Positions 38,814-51,300 of a stretch of DNA of 64,000 bases are shown here, one piece after another (positions within the stretch are counted from its first letter, which is position 1; every line of letters begins with the position of its first letter). The stretch spans positions 9,675,129-9,739,128 of the forward strand of contig CM082576.2 in the NCBI GenBank assembly GCA_040954595.2. The letters run 5' to 3'. Origin of the DNA: Balanoglossus misakiensis. Taxonomy: Eukaryota > Animalia > Hemichordata. A program made the position numbers and the translations under genes. The notes beneath the pieces were generated by a model, which was not told where the DNA came from, did no database searches, and saw nothing but the letters and a program-made list of their open reading frames with translations.

Positions 38814-41800
38814 GGTGTGTCACTTACGTCTCCCGATACTAGAACGAGATTCAGACAGTTGGGCACGTCGCCATATCAAACCAATCCCCAACACCAAATC
38901 TTCATGCGATTTAACTCACTCTCGGTGCAATAACGCACACGCGACCCCAAAACAGAAGATATGCGACAACGAGGACGGCGGAATCAAAATCTCTGCACAA
39001 GCTTCTCTCTGCCATGCGTTGCCATGACTACAAACTCCAGAACACGAAGAAGACGGTAATCAATAAATGTTGATGCTATCGTCCTCGCATCGGTGACTTT
39101 ATTCTTTATTTCTCTCTCTCTAAATATTTAACTTTGTTGCCTTTATACGATACCATCACTTTTTTTCTAGTCTGCCATGCAAAGAACGCGCATGTTATCG
39201 TCAGAGCCATCTTCTATGTACATGTACATATATCATGGCCATTTTTCAAAAGCGGTGTCTCGCGAAAAGAATAAAAGAAATCGCTTCCTCGTGACTGTAT
39301 TTCAGTACATCACGCACGCCATGTTGGAATGCTCTCAAGTCGCAAACTTATCGTGTTACGGCTTTCAAAGAAGGCATCAAGATTGGCTGTCACTGCGCTA
39401 ATAGAGCAGATTGAGTCATTGGTGTTGGCGGAAGACGTGCCTACCATTGGAGTAATTCGATTCCGGGGCTTCGTTACGCACTCACCGCGTTCGGTCCTTT
39501 CATTGCGGCACACGTGTGTCAAAGTGTCAAATATGATATTTTAACTTCGTGGGATGCAGCGTTTTCTACCTCTTATTCGCCAAAATTAGATTAAGTTTGC
39601 TTAGACAGGATGTTTAATAAAAATCAAATAACCACGGCATATTTATGTAACTGCATGATCTTTTTTGTGGTCCACATGCCACGTAAGGTCGGTGACTGCT
39701 AAAAACGCCTTCATGTATTTTGGTCCATTGTGGACCATTCAGCCGGTTACGTGTTTTCGGCAACGCTCCCCGATGCGGTGTTCTCAACCACGTTTTAAAA
39801 ACCTTATTTTTTCCGGTTTGACCTAAGCACAGTCGAAATTGGTTCCAATAGTAATGCGTTTCTGATATCTGAGTATAGAAGCCAGGAATATGTTAGCTAG
39901 AACTCGCACAACTTTTCTTGATTCCCGGCCCTCAAGGCAGAGGGTCTGTCGCTAACCGGTGCTAACTGATGGGGAAATTATTTATTTTCGGGGAAACACT
40001 GCCCATGCAGTGTCGACCGTTGAAACCCGGACGAGGTCTAAGAGAAACCTGCCATCGGATTTTATGGCGCGTGCGACGGTACCGCCGGCAGTCCTCAGGG
40101 ATCTGCCTGTTTATATCGCGTGTGATATTGTGCTGTGAAGTGAATGAGACGGAACACGTCAGATTCAGATTTATAATTATTGCCTGAGATCAGTCTTCTT
40201 TCAAATGTCAACGCGTTTTTATCCGATAGATGATTCCGGTCGGAACCCGCTGAGCGCCAATTAAAAAGCGTTACTTACGATCATACTAAATTGGACATTT
40301 ACAACCGATTAATTTTTTTAACGCGCTATACGAGGCCCTAGGAGATATCCGGAGTACCTCCTGCAGTGCACTGGGCATTGAAAACTAGTGTGTAGTATAG
40401 AACAGACTGCGAGAAGAATAAGTGTGGTTGTTTCTCGGGTAAACACATTTACTTAGAATTTATTTGGCAGACAACCCCCCCCCCCCAAAAAAGGACTCTA
40501 CTCCGACAAATTTGAACATTTCAACCTCTTCAGTATCATTTACGCCTTGGTCCCCCTGAAAATACAGTCGCTAAAATGTTCCCCCAAAACGGAGAAAGTA
40601 GGCGGATATCTTTCACTCGAAAGATTGTAGATTATTGATCAAGAGCGCTCATTGCATACAATAATGTTTTCCTTACATTTTTTGTCTTTCAATTCCTTTC
40701 AGACTTTTCAATATGCCAACCTGGACTATTTTCTCAGTGCACCTATATACTTGCCCGGTCCAACCAATTCCGCTTGCAACTCTCATGGTGTCTAGTGACC
40801 TATGTGTTTCACACGGCGAAGTTTCTTCGACTTTTAAACACTTTTGTGACACGATTCCCAATAAAACAAAATGTCTACACGTATATATTACCATATATTT
40901 TAGCCTCAAACGGTATTAATATCGTCTCGTTCGTGCGTATCCCGGACGGTAGCTGCACAAAACTTCACCCGTGGTGATATGATATATATTTCATTCAGAG
41001 TGACAAACATTTATTTTGAAACATCTTTGTTTGACCTATAACAATAAACGTATGAATTTATAAGTTGAATTGCACGCATGTCATCTTAGTCTATATTTGT
41101 TCGCTCAATAAAGTATTTTTTCGGAAGAGTATCTTCTTTCTCGGATCCGTGACAGGCTGGGCACCTGAACTCTGGCCTGCTTGAATTGGCTTTGGTTTGT
41201 CCGACCATGTCACTCGCCAGAGAGAGGGAGGGGCAGAGAGAAAGAGAGAGAGATGAGAACATTTTCTTTTGGGTCAAAGTTGTCGACGGGATTCCGTGCC
41301 ACCTAAAGTGTTGGCTGCTGGTGCATGTAGGCCTTAAACTTTACAGCGAGCATTCCTTTCGGTCATATTCTCTACCTGAATCAAATCATAATTTCCAAAG
41401 AATAACAAAGACACACAAAGCTTGAATAAACACGCATGGGCGCTAATTGCTGCGGCTTATAGCCGTCAACATAAAGGATTCATTACTGGAAGCTGCGGGA
41501 AGTGTGTCTCTCTATACGCACACAATCAGCCACAGGTTAACAAAACGTAAACAGCCCTATACATCATAAAATAAAATCCATTCTCCTATTATCGCATTCA
41601 GAACGATAGCCAAACCACACCGCGTGTGCTAACAGCGTAAACTATACGAAGATGGGTAATGAACGGACTGAACTGATAACCGCCCGTGAGGACCTTGACC
41701 GTGGGCACACACTGCCGAGTGCCGGGTGACATTTTGGGGAAGCTACTGCAGACTATTGGGTTAATTGGCCGAGTTTCTTTGCCTTGTGTAAAAACGCAAG

Positions 41801-44219
41801 GAGAGACACGCAAAGACTGGATGTCATGGTTGTATATAGACGTACTTAGCAAAACGGCACCCTAAATCTTCTTCGGGAATTTTGGTGCACCTATACATGT
41901 ATATGCGAAGTGCAACAGTTACACGTGCCACCTTGGATGTGTCGTCAACACCCATTTCACGAAAGACGACCAAAATATCACCGCTTTGTACGACGGCAAT
42001 TAATTTTTCTTACATACCATATATTACACGAATTACTATTATTGCGTTACACTGGTACATTAAATTCCCGCGCAAGACAAATTTAACATCGTTAATTTAT
42101 AGCAGTGGATTTACATAATCGAGTTCTAACGGTCAACAAGTCCCGGGCTCTCGCGTAACAAATACAATATTATTCGATCATCATTTCTGACATCAGTGTA
42201 CACTCCACTTAAGTCGACATGTTCTGAAATTGGTGACAGAAATATGCAGCGATGATGGATGGTTGGATTGGAGGCACATCAGAAGGGAACCTTGGGAGGC
42301 TTGTCGGAAGGAAATTCCGCCTCGGTGTTCGTTGTGTCACTTTATTTTATAAAAACATTCGTGCAAGAATTTGATATAAGCACAAGGGCGCCGTGGCGGT
42401 GAATTAATAGGGTATTTTGCGCTCACAGCGAGATCTCGCGAGACTTGGGTGATTACCAAAGCAACGTGAACGGGATCCTAGCCAAGTCAAATGGTCTATA
42501 ACTAGTACCTCACGTGTCACAAGATGGAAAGTAATCTGCCTGCCAAGGGGGAGTTCGGGAACCAGATTACAAATTATGCAGGAAAGAATCCACTCACACA
42601 CAAACAATTACAGTTAGACTGGTCAGTGACCTGTGATGTACATTCTGTAACGTTTCGGGAGACGACAAGTTAAACTGGTTTGTTCTATTGACGTGCAGAA
42701 CAAGAGAAAGCGATGAATGGCGTTTGCGTCATTCAACGCAGTGAGATTATTAATTTTTGGTAATAATATATATACTTTCAGAGGCAAATCGGCTGTTAAA
42801 TTCTCAAGGAACGCCGTGACGCTGAATTTGTCGCCACCGGGGAAAAACGTGACAAAACTTCAATAAAACGCTGGCGTACTTTTCAACATGCACGCGTAGA
42901 GATAGGCCTACTGAGCAATTTCTAAAAAAAAAAATCTGAATTTTCCATCGCGTTTCATTCAAAGGAAAAGTTGCTCTGTTACAGTTGTAGTGACGTGCTA
43001 AGTGACGTGTTACTAGTAGTCTGAATGTAAACCAAATACACAATGGAGAAAGTGACGTCTCTCCTGTCATCTCCGTAGTTCTTAAGGCAGTCTTAGCGAT
43101 TTGTATTGTACAGTCTGTATATCCCTTCTCCACGACGACGCCATCCATATTGCCCAAAATGGATCACGTATTGTTCAGTTGGTCGGTTAATGAGCATGTT
43201 TCGAATCAGGTGTCTCCTGCAAATAGGCCTCCCTAACCTGTGTTTGGCGCGCAAATTCACGATAGAAATACGGTACTTTGGGGAAATTCTGATAAACACG
43301 CGTTCTAAAAATCCTTCCATCCGGGCGTTGCATCGGTTTGTAACCAATACTGCATTGAAACGAGGGACCCCCCGGAACAGTTTTGCTACCTGTTTCGCGC
43401 GTGTCTTTTCTCAATAAAACAATAAAAACATCGACCCTAAAGTCTAAACGCCAACCCAGTTAGATCTCCAGCATCTGTGGGCAGATCGTGATTTTCGCCT
43501 CAAAAAGACGAGGATTAACTTTTTCTCCCCGCCCCCTGATAAATGGTGTTTGCTATTCAGGAAATTGCTGACAGTTTACTGGGACGATGAATATCGCTCA
43601 CGTCGCTTCTTCTCTCAACAAAAGATTGACATCAAGGAGAGACATCACGAGCGAGCTATCTTTTGTTCCACGCAGATGTAAATCTGCAGGTAGATTGTTT
43701 TACCGTTCATAAATCATGTACGGAATTCCGCTCGGTGATGCAGTGCAGTGGGGGCACTGGTGTAATTATCATCCGTTACTCGCGCCTGCCCACTCTCTAC
43801 ACCCTGAGCGAGTTGAACCGTAATCCGGTCCTCGTAAAAAAACGGTAATCTCTTAATTTGACTGCCGGTAATACTATCTGAACACGTCACCCTTCATAGG
43901 AGACGACACGGCTGTCGTTGGCCGAATTCGCTATAAAGCTTACACGTTACGCATGTCTTTAAAAGCGCGTACTCCCACACTTGAGTTCGCGTTTGATTGA
44001 CTAATACAGGTACATAAATCACTATCATCCTATTAAGTAAAAAGAAAAGATCCACCGTGCACATGGGAGGAGTCACGCATCCTTTTCTGACGAGGTACAC
44101 TTCTACAAATAGAAGTGCAGCAACGGAGCCCATCGCCGGAAGACTGTGTCCTTGTTTTGGGAACTGACTGAGAAGACTAATATTGGCTGTTTTTTATTCG
44201 GGCCTGTGGTGTCGAAAGT

Positions 44220-44648
44220 ATGTCGGCGAGACAGGCTTATTTCTGCGCTTTCGGGGTTCTCGTCTTTTGCCAAATTTTGGGAATGGGCTACACGTATGAA
44301 CTTAGAGACGTCATTCTCGGCTCGCCCTGTCGACGCGGGCGCGAGACGAGCGAATATTGCCGGCGACTGCTAACGCCGCAGTCGTATGTCACGACGACGG
44401 GGACCGAGGATTCTAGTTGGCGGGAGTTGGCGACAGCGTTAGCTGATGTACTGCTCGGGTCCTTCTGTACTCCGGGGCACGGTGATATGAACCGATACTG
44501 CAGAGAGCGGCTGATTCGGGGCGCAGAGTCGCCCGCATCAATCGAGAAACGTCGGTGTATACCCGGTATGGAATTTAGCCACTTCTGCAAAGGAAGTTCG
44601 TGGTTACAACGCAGCGGTCATTCATATTTTCCAAGTCCTGCACGGTAA
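44220..44648 (+). CDS. Secreted prepropeptide B, paralog of A, with three two-cysteine rings
   Basis: 142-aa ORF with a signal-peptide-like N-terminus (MSARQAYFCAFGVLVFCQILGMGYT). Rings: CRRGRETSEYC, CTPGHGDMNRYC and KRR-CIPGMEFSHFC-K. The last ring matches RCMPGMEFSFYCK of precursor A at 10 of 13 residues. The stop codon lies inside a donor-like CG|GTAAGA. Confidence 0.8.
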   Translation: MSARQAYFCAFGVLVFCQILGMGYTYELRDVILGSPCRRGRETSEYCRRLLTPQSYVTTTGTEDSSWRELATALADVLLGSFCTPGHGDMNRYCRERLIRGAESPASIEKRRCIPGMEFSHFCKGSSWLQRSGHSYFPSPAR

Positions 44649-45513
44649 GAATGGTCGATGCAACGATCACTCGCATCCGTTGTTTCTCAAAGTTTTATTG
44701 AGCGATGGCGATTCTTGTTTGGCTACGTACTGTGACAGGGTTTGAAGTTTTTTTCTATAATACTGGTAATTGCGCCTTAGTACAAGCACAGACAAGAACA
44801 TTCAAATGATTTCGAAGCAAAGGCAAACGTGTGGCTAAACTTGCTAAACACTGCTATGATTCTGTTTTAGACCGAAGTTGTTGTTGACTTTGATTTGATC
44901 CACTCAATATCACAACTTGAATGGTCATTTTCATTGAATTTCACTGGTAGAAAGAAAGGGCAATGCCATTGAACTGTGCCAGCTTGTACACCAGACTGCT
45001 TACATGGGATATGCCAATAGCTCTTAGTATGAACGTAGATATGGTGTCTGGCGATGAGAGGGCAATCACGTCCGTTTAATATCTCGAGGAACTGGGAGTA
45101 GCCAGAAATACTCGCTTTTCCCCCTGAGGCCGACACATGATTACGTCGATCATTTCATTTTAGTCAATACCATACATTGGTTCTCAGTAATATCTCTCTG
45201 TTGTCTATGATGATATCAGGCCCAAATAGGAGGAGAAAAAAGTTTAACACTTTGAGATACCGCGATGTAAACTACTTTTAATTACCGCGTTGACAACGAT
45301 AAGTTAGGCCTATCGCTGATTATTAGGTTAGATGCACATATGCTATTAACAGTGTCGCTACGATTTTAATAATTGTTATCGACATTTGGATGGAGAAGGG
45401 ACATAAATGAAAGACTTTCTTTTTTTATCAGTATTTTCGACGTTATTGATGACCCACATATCGGTACCGGTCTATATACATGTATAAGATCCAGATGATG
45501 AAATCACGGTTGA

Positions 45514-45664
45514 CACGTTTCTTTGTGATTGGTCAATTTCTTTAATATCTGACGCTGGACTAGTAGAGCAAAGCGGTTTCATTTCCCCCCGGCGAAGGCT
45601 CTCATTACCTATCATAGTAAATGACCGGCACGTTTCTTTGTGTTTGGCCAATATCTTTAATATC
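45514..45664. repeat. Pair of 36-bp direct repeats (3 mismatches) 79 bp apart
   Basis: CACGTTTCTTTGTGATTGGTCAATTTCTTTAATATC (45514-45549) and CACGTTTCTTTGTGTTTGGCCAATATCTTTAATATC (45629-45664). Confidence 0.85.
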
Positions 45665-48000
45665 CAGCCAGGTTATATATTAAAAGGTTCCCTCGCTATT
45701 GTTCACCGTCCTCGAAATTCCTTTCTAATTCTGCAAGCTGACAGAGCATCTGTACCGACTCCAGTGGTGTCACTGAATAAGGACTTTTCGAAAATCACAC
45801 ACGGTGTACTGGTACGCTTCACGCTGCACTCAATTACACACGACGCATAATTCGAAATACATCCTTCCCGGGATTATTGCAAAAAGCGTATTCGTGTTGG
45901 GCATGGTGTAATTTACCGTGACGATGACACACGTGACGCGATGCCTTTCTTGCTGTTGACTTTTTTATCTGCCCCCCCCCCCCCCAGCTTATACCCCTGA
46001 ATAAAAATTGACGTGCTAGATGAAATGCCATTGGAATGCCATTAGCAATTATTAAGGTAGTATACACCTCGAAAATCAAAGTCTTGAACTTTTGCTCATA
46101 TTTTGCGCAATTGCACGCTATACATGTACCCCAAAATCCCAGCTAACACTATAATTACTTGATACGAATGGGGATGTTCGGCGCTATCGTTACATGCATG
46201 GTCCACGCAGCTCAACATACAAAGGCATTGGTGATGAGGGTGTAGTGAAATCCAGAAACTTATTTTGGCTTTCGTTTCAGGAGTTGGAAAAAACTTGCCT
46301 CCGGCCGTTCAAGACCCACGGGAAGATGACAAGGTTAATTGGCCTGCGGTCTTACTAAGTCTCAACCGTATCCAGGGGCAACCAGCTACAGTTACAGAGT
46401 TTTGCCAATTAGGGACAGGGAAATGGAGAATTTGCCGATATCGTGTGAGATAGAGAACTCGTTAGCAACGAACCTGAGAGTGATCTTCAGTAATAAATGT
46501 CTATTGTATACTTATACCAATACTGCGTATTTTCAGATTTTACATGAAACGATTTGATGTATTGTATAATTATTATACGACGTTTGCACTTCCATTCTGC
46601 GGAAATAAAAATGGCAAATAAACAGTTGCTATAGTCCATTCACACTCGTTCATTTCAAATGTCATTCTACACGTGTTTATAGTGGGCTATGGTACATTTA
46701 GTTTAACTAAGCGGTTTCTGTGCTTTGTCGATCAACCGGGAAAACAATCCACGGATGCCGATGACGCTGGCGACCACCTGTTGACTACGTCCACAATTCA
46801 GGATCGCCGTTGTTGGCGCACTGCTCTTATGGTAAACTTTACCTATAGGATGGGAAACATATTATACATGTAGTACAGGTCTGATCACGAAGTGAATTTG
46901 AACTTTGTTTTCAAACTTTACAGTCAACATTTTTTCCGACTTTAACTTAATCTTCAATTTTTTTTAGTTCAATGCCTTCTTTTGCGTTAATCTTCATTTT
47001 GATAAGTTTCGTTTTCTCTTTGAACGTGGTTTTGATTTCATTTTGTGCTCTTGAATTTAAATTGTATCGCCAGCTTGAACATTGTTTTAAACTGGCTCTA
47101 GCTAAAGCCAATCTCGCTCCAGGGTCTATGCAGCAGCATACTGAAGTTTATAGTACAATAGAATACCAGGATGACACCTGTTGCAATGAGAACATATTCT
47201 GTGAACTTGTCCCGTGTAGCTGTCGAAGGTATGGTGACTTCTCTTGTTTTAGTCTGATTCAAAAATTAAATACTACTGGGCGGGCGTTGGTGGCGCTCTT
47301 CGAAAAGATGAACATGTTCGTTTTACCATGGAGGGTTTTACCCACAGTCACTACGTGCAAATGTTCATGACACTGCATCGTTGTTGTTTACCTTTTCTTT
47401 CGAGCATACTTAATTAATTCATACGGGAGTGTAACCAAGTCCCAAAGCATGTCATTTGCTAAACTTGCTCGAAGCTACGGAATTCAAAAATTTCAGTGAT
47501 GCCTCGTAAAACTCTCCCACTGGCCAACATAAGCTTACATGCCCGATATAACAAACGCAAACTTCATACTATTTTCTTATGCAAATAGGCCCACTTGAGT
47601 ATTTTTTTTAAACAGAAAAGGGGAATCAGTGATTGCCTACAATTATCCGCGAGAGTCTTATCTTTTCCTAGACTATAAAACGACAGTACTTTACATATTG
47701 TTTCAAATGGAAGTATCGCAATGCAACAACTGTTTCGCGAGTAGCACCACTGTCAGTGCCGCGGTGCCCCCGGCCCCAGCCAGTGCATGTAGAGTCCAAT
47801 GGCCATAAGGTTCAGGCGCACGACGGTGTGACGCAGAACTAAACAGACCTATCGTCTTCAAATACAAGCATGTCGAAAATGCCAGGCGTTATATCAACAA
47901 TGTCAGGCTCAGTATGACGTACATGTACTCTTTTATTGTCTCCGATTCTACGGGGATCCGCAAATGACCTGTCTATCCCTCTCTATTGTGGTGTCCGTCC

Positions 48001-48141
48001 TTCACCATGGTAACACCACGCTGTACTTCGTGACCATGCCCTTTGACCCACGTTCAGTACAGCCAGCAGCTACGGCTCATCCGGGTACTTCCCTTAGTCA
48101 CGTGACCTGTGGTCGAGAAGAGAACAGGGGATCGCCATTTT
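48001..48141 (+). promoter_or_regulatory. Putative TOGARAM1 proximal promoter: RFX X-box-like, palindromic E-box and YY1-like motifs
   Basis: TTCACCATGGTAAC at 48001-48014 (X-box consensus GTNRCCATGGYAAC, first base mismatched), GTCACGTGAC at 48097-48106 and CGCCATTTT at 48133-48141. These lie ~170-310 bp upstream of the ATG of a ciliary gene. Confidence 0.55.
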
Positions 48142-48313
48142 TGTTCTGAGATTTACATGGTTTCTAACTCGGATTCCGGCGACAAGAAATCAACAAAACT
48201 GGGGATAAATCACCTATAATGTGATCCAAATGATTGATCAATTATCAGGAGTCACGTAGATATACCGACTGCCGTAACCGTTCGCGCCTTTGGCGAAGTA
48301 AGAACCAACTTGG

Positions 48314-51300
48314 ATGGCGAGTACGGTTGCCAAGTTTGCGGTATACAACATCAATAATGAAGATTTCTTGAGCACAAGAAACATTTCAAAAAGTATGGAA
48401 GAAGATGTTGTGCTGGAGCAGCTTTCTGATGACAGATTTCAACAGAGATCGGAAATCCTCGATTACCTTAGGACGGAAGTTCGCAAACATGGCGGTAGGA
48501 TACAATTTCAAAACATGTCGGCGTTGTTCAGGGGTCTGTCAAGAGCCCTGGCAGACTCGAACTGGACTGTCAGACACCACTGCGTCCAGCTTATATCAGA
48601 GATGATAGCGGGTCTCGATGATGATCTCGACACGTACATGTCGACAGTCCTCCCCAAATTGGTAGCTAATATTGGAGACAACAAAGTAGCTCTTCGCAAA
48701 GCTGTCATCCAAACATTACACCTGTACATGAAGCATTCCAGTGACGTCCAGAATGTTTTCCACGCCATCGTAGAACACGGTTTGGAGAGTCCGGATCCCA
48801 AAGTTAGAGCCGAAACCACCATCAATTTCCCTCTGTTGCTGACCGCAGAATTCGCGAAACAAGACTTATTTACAATAACGCAGGCCTTGGCCAAAAGACT
48901 GAACGGCAGCGCGGAAAATGAAGAAAACAAGATAGCAATCATATCGCTGGAGAGGATCCGGGGGCTGGTAGGAAACGAGGTATTTGTCGGCTATGTGCAG
49001 AGATTGTCCAAACCCGTCAAACAGGTGTACCTACAGCTGACCGACAGGGATGAAAACGGCTACGACGGACCGGTCGATGTGAACTTAAACAGCAGCAAAG
49101 GTGTCCTGGGAAGTGGCACGTGGAAACGTAGCCACAGCCGCGACAGCGACACTGTTGGAAGGGGTCTTGAGTTCGGTATCATACCCAAACACATTATGGA
49201 TCAGTTATTGGATCAACATGATTTACGAGTCAGGGCCCAAGGCATCGAAGGTCTGCGTGAAATTATGAACGACATGGCAGACCTGGCACCACTCCTGCCT
49301 CATATATTGGCATTCATCAGTTTCCTCTGTAATTTACTGGATGATGTGAACTTCAAAGTTACCACTGTAACATTAGATATATTCGATAAACTGGTCAATA
49401 AATTAGGACAAGGAGTTAAACCATACCTCAAGTCGCTGATGAGCGCCCTGACGAAACGACTCGGTGACAACCAAATAGTTATCCGTCAAGCCAACATGAA
49501 AGTTCTCATGCACTTGATGCAGATTCTCACACCCAAACCAATCTTGAACCAACTAACTGATAGTTTGCAGCATCGGAACTCGCGAGTTCGAGAGGAGGCC
49601 CTGAACATGGTCATAGCGTCGCTGCTCACGTTCCCCAGCTACGACTTTGATCTCGGACAGTTGTGTCAAACGATCGCACACACGCTGGTGGACCCCAAGA
49701 GGAAGGTGCGACAGGCCTCCCTGGAAGCGTTCGCTGTCCTGGCCCAAGCGATGGGCCCCGGCAGGCTCCAGCCGCTGGTGTCGGCGGTGGACAGCGTGGA
49801 ACTCAGCATGGAAGGCGACGGCGTCATGGCAGCGGTGCAGGCACGGCTGGCCAGGCGACAACTCCCGAGACTGAATAAAGACGGTCTCGTCGAATACTCA
49901 ATCCCCCTACCGGCTTCGGCCACCACGAGAGGATCTCCCCCGAGCGCCGACATCGAGTGGATCATGGCGGCTGCAGGCGGCGGAACGAGCAGTGCCCGGG
50001 AGAGGAATCACAGCGAGCCGCAGCGCGAACTCTCTCAGCCCATGTCGGCCAGGTCTGCGTCGGGACAACACGAGAACGCCGGGCCCACTCCGGCTCCCAG
50101 GCGATACCATAGTGCCGGAAAGAACAGGAAGAAATTGCCTTGGGAAGAGCTGCCGAATGAAGATGATGGTGTAGAATTGGAGAAATTGGAGAACTCAAAT
50201 CAAAGAAACCACCCCAATAGTGCACCGTCACACGTAAGTACAAAAATAGAAATAAACATACATGTACATGTATATGTACATGTACATGTATGAACACCAC
50301 AACATTTATATTTTAGATTTTAATTTTTCTACCCTCTTTGCCTAATAAACCCTTTTAAGTCAAATAATAGTAAAAAATGTTGAATAACAATAGAACTCAT
50401 TGTTTTAGTTATAAATAATAATCTTGATCTGAATTTTGATAACAAAAAGGTGAAATTAAACTAAAATGTCAGAAAAAATTCATTCTTTAGAAGGGAACTA
50501 CATGTATAATCTTCTTAAAATGAAATTGCAAAATTAAATAAAAACAAACAGTGACTGAAAAGACACAGCAGTGGAAATTGTTTCCGTTGTTCTGCAATGG
50601 ATCATTTTACAACTGCAAAAAGTAATTCCTGTGGCCAGAAATTTATAAGTGTCACCCCAAAGAAAAAGTTGTAAGAAAAAAAAGGTCTCTGGAATTAAGA
50701 AATCATGCCGTTGTCATCAGTAGATTTTTATACAATGTCCATGTACATGTAGGTCACTTGCACCCAACAAGTGTCATTTTGTATGCCTCTGGAATGGAGG
50801 ACAGGTTGAATGACCATTGATCGTTACGTCACAGAGAATAATGCATTACTCTAATGGAACCTAGATGAATTGCTGAATAGAAGTACCGGCGATCAATTTT
50901 TTTCCCTCTGCGTACATGTCTAATGCCCGCAGCCGTGTATGGCTGAGGCAGGCAGCCTGCGTCATCACCAATCAATGAGGCCTTGACTGCGCCCCGCAAA
51001 GAGTTGAATGCCGGTCAGTTTAAAAAGTTGAAAATATGATGGTGGCGCGGAAAATTTGGTGCGGGGAGAGCGATTTGCGGGTTCTCTTCACTGTTGACAC
51101 TGGTTTGAATTATTGATGAGATTTTGGCAAGTTGATGCCCAGCTCAGTCATGCAGATCAATAAGTTGGGAGTGAGCGTCCGCCAACAGTTGGCTATAGAT
51201 AGGTAACCCCATTAATATTTGATGTTGACCGATCGGATGTCGGGGCCACCTTTTGAGTCTTTGACACTACGACATGTAGAGGCCCTTCCTGTCCGCACAT

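Noticed and set aside
35539-44648. Assignment of the precursors to MCH, somatostatin/allatostatin C, elevenin, CCAP or vasopressin families
   Set aside because: Ring size, ring sequence and multi-copy architecture do not fit. No gene symbol was assigned, although distant homology cannot be excluded without searches.
45514-45664. CRISPR-like repeat-spacer-repeat
   Set aside because: Only two imperfect copies, a spacer that is too long, eukaryotic context and no cas genes.
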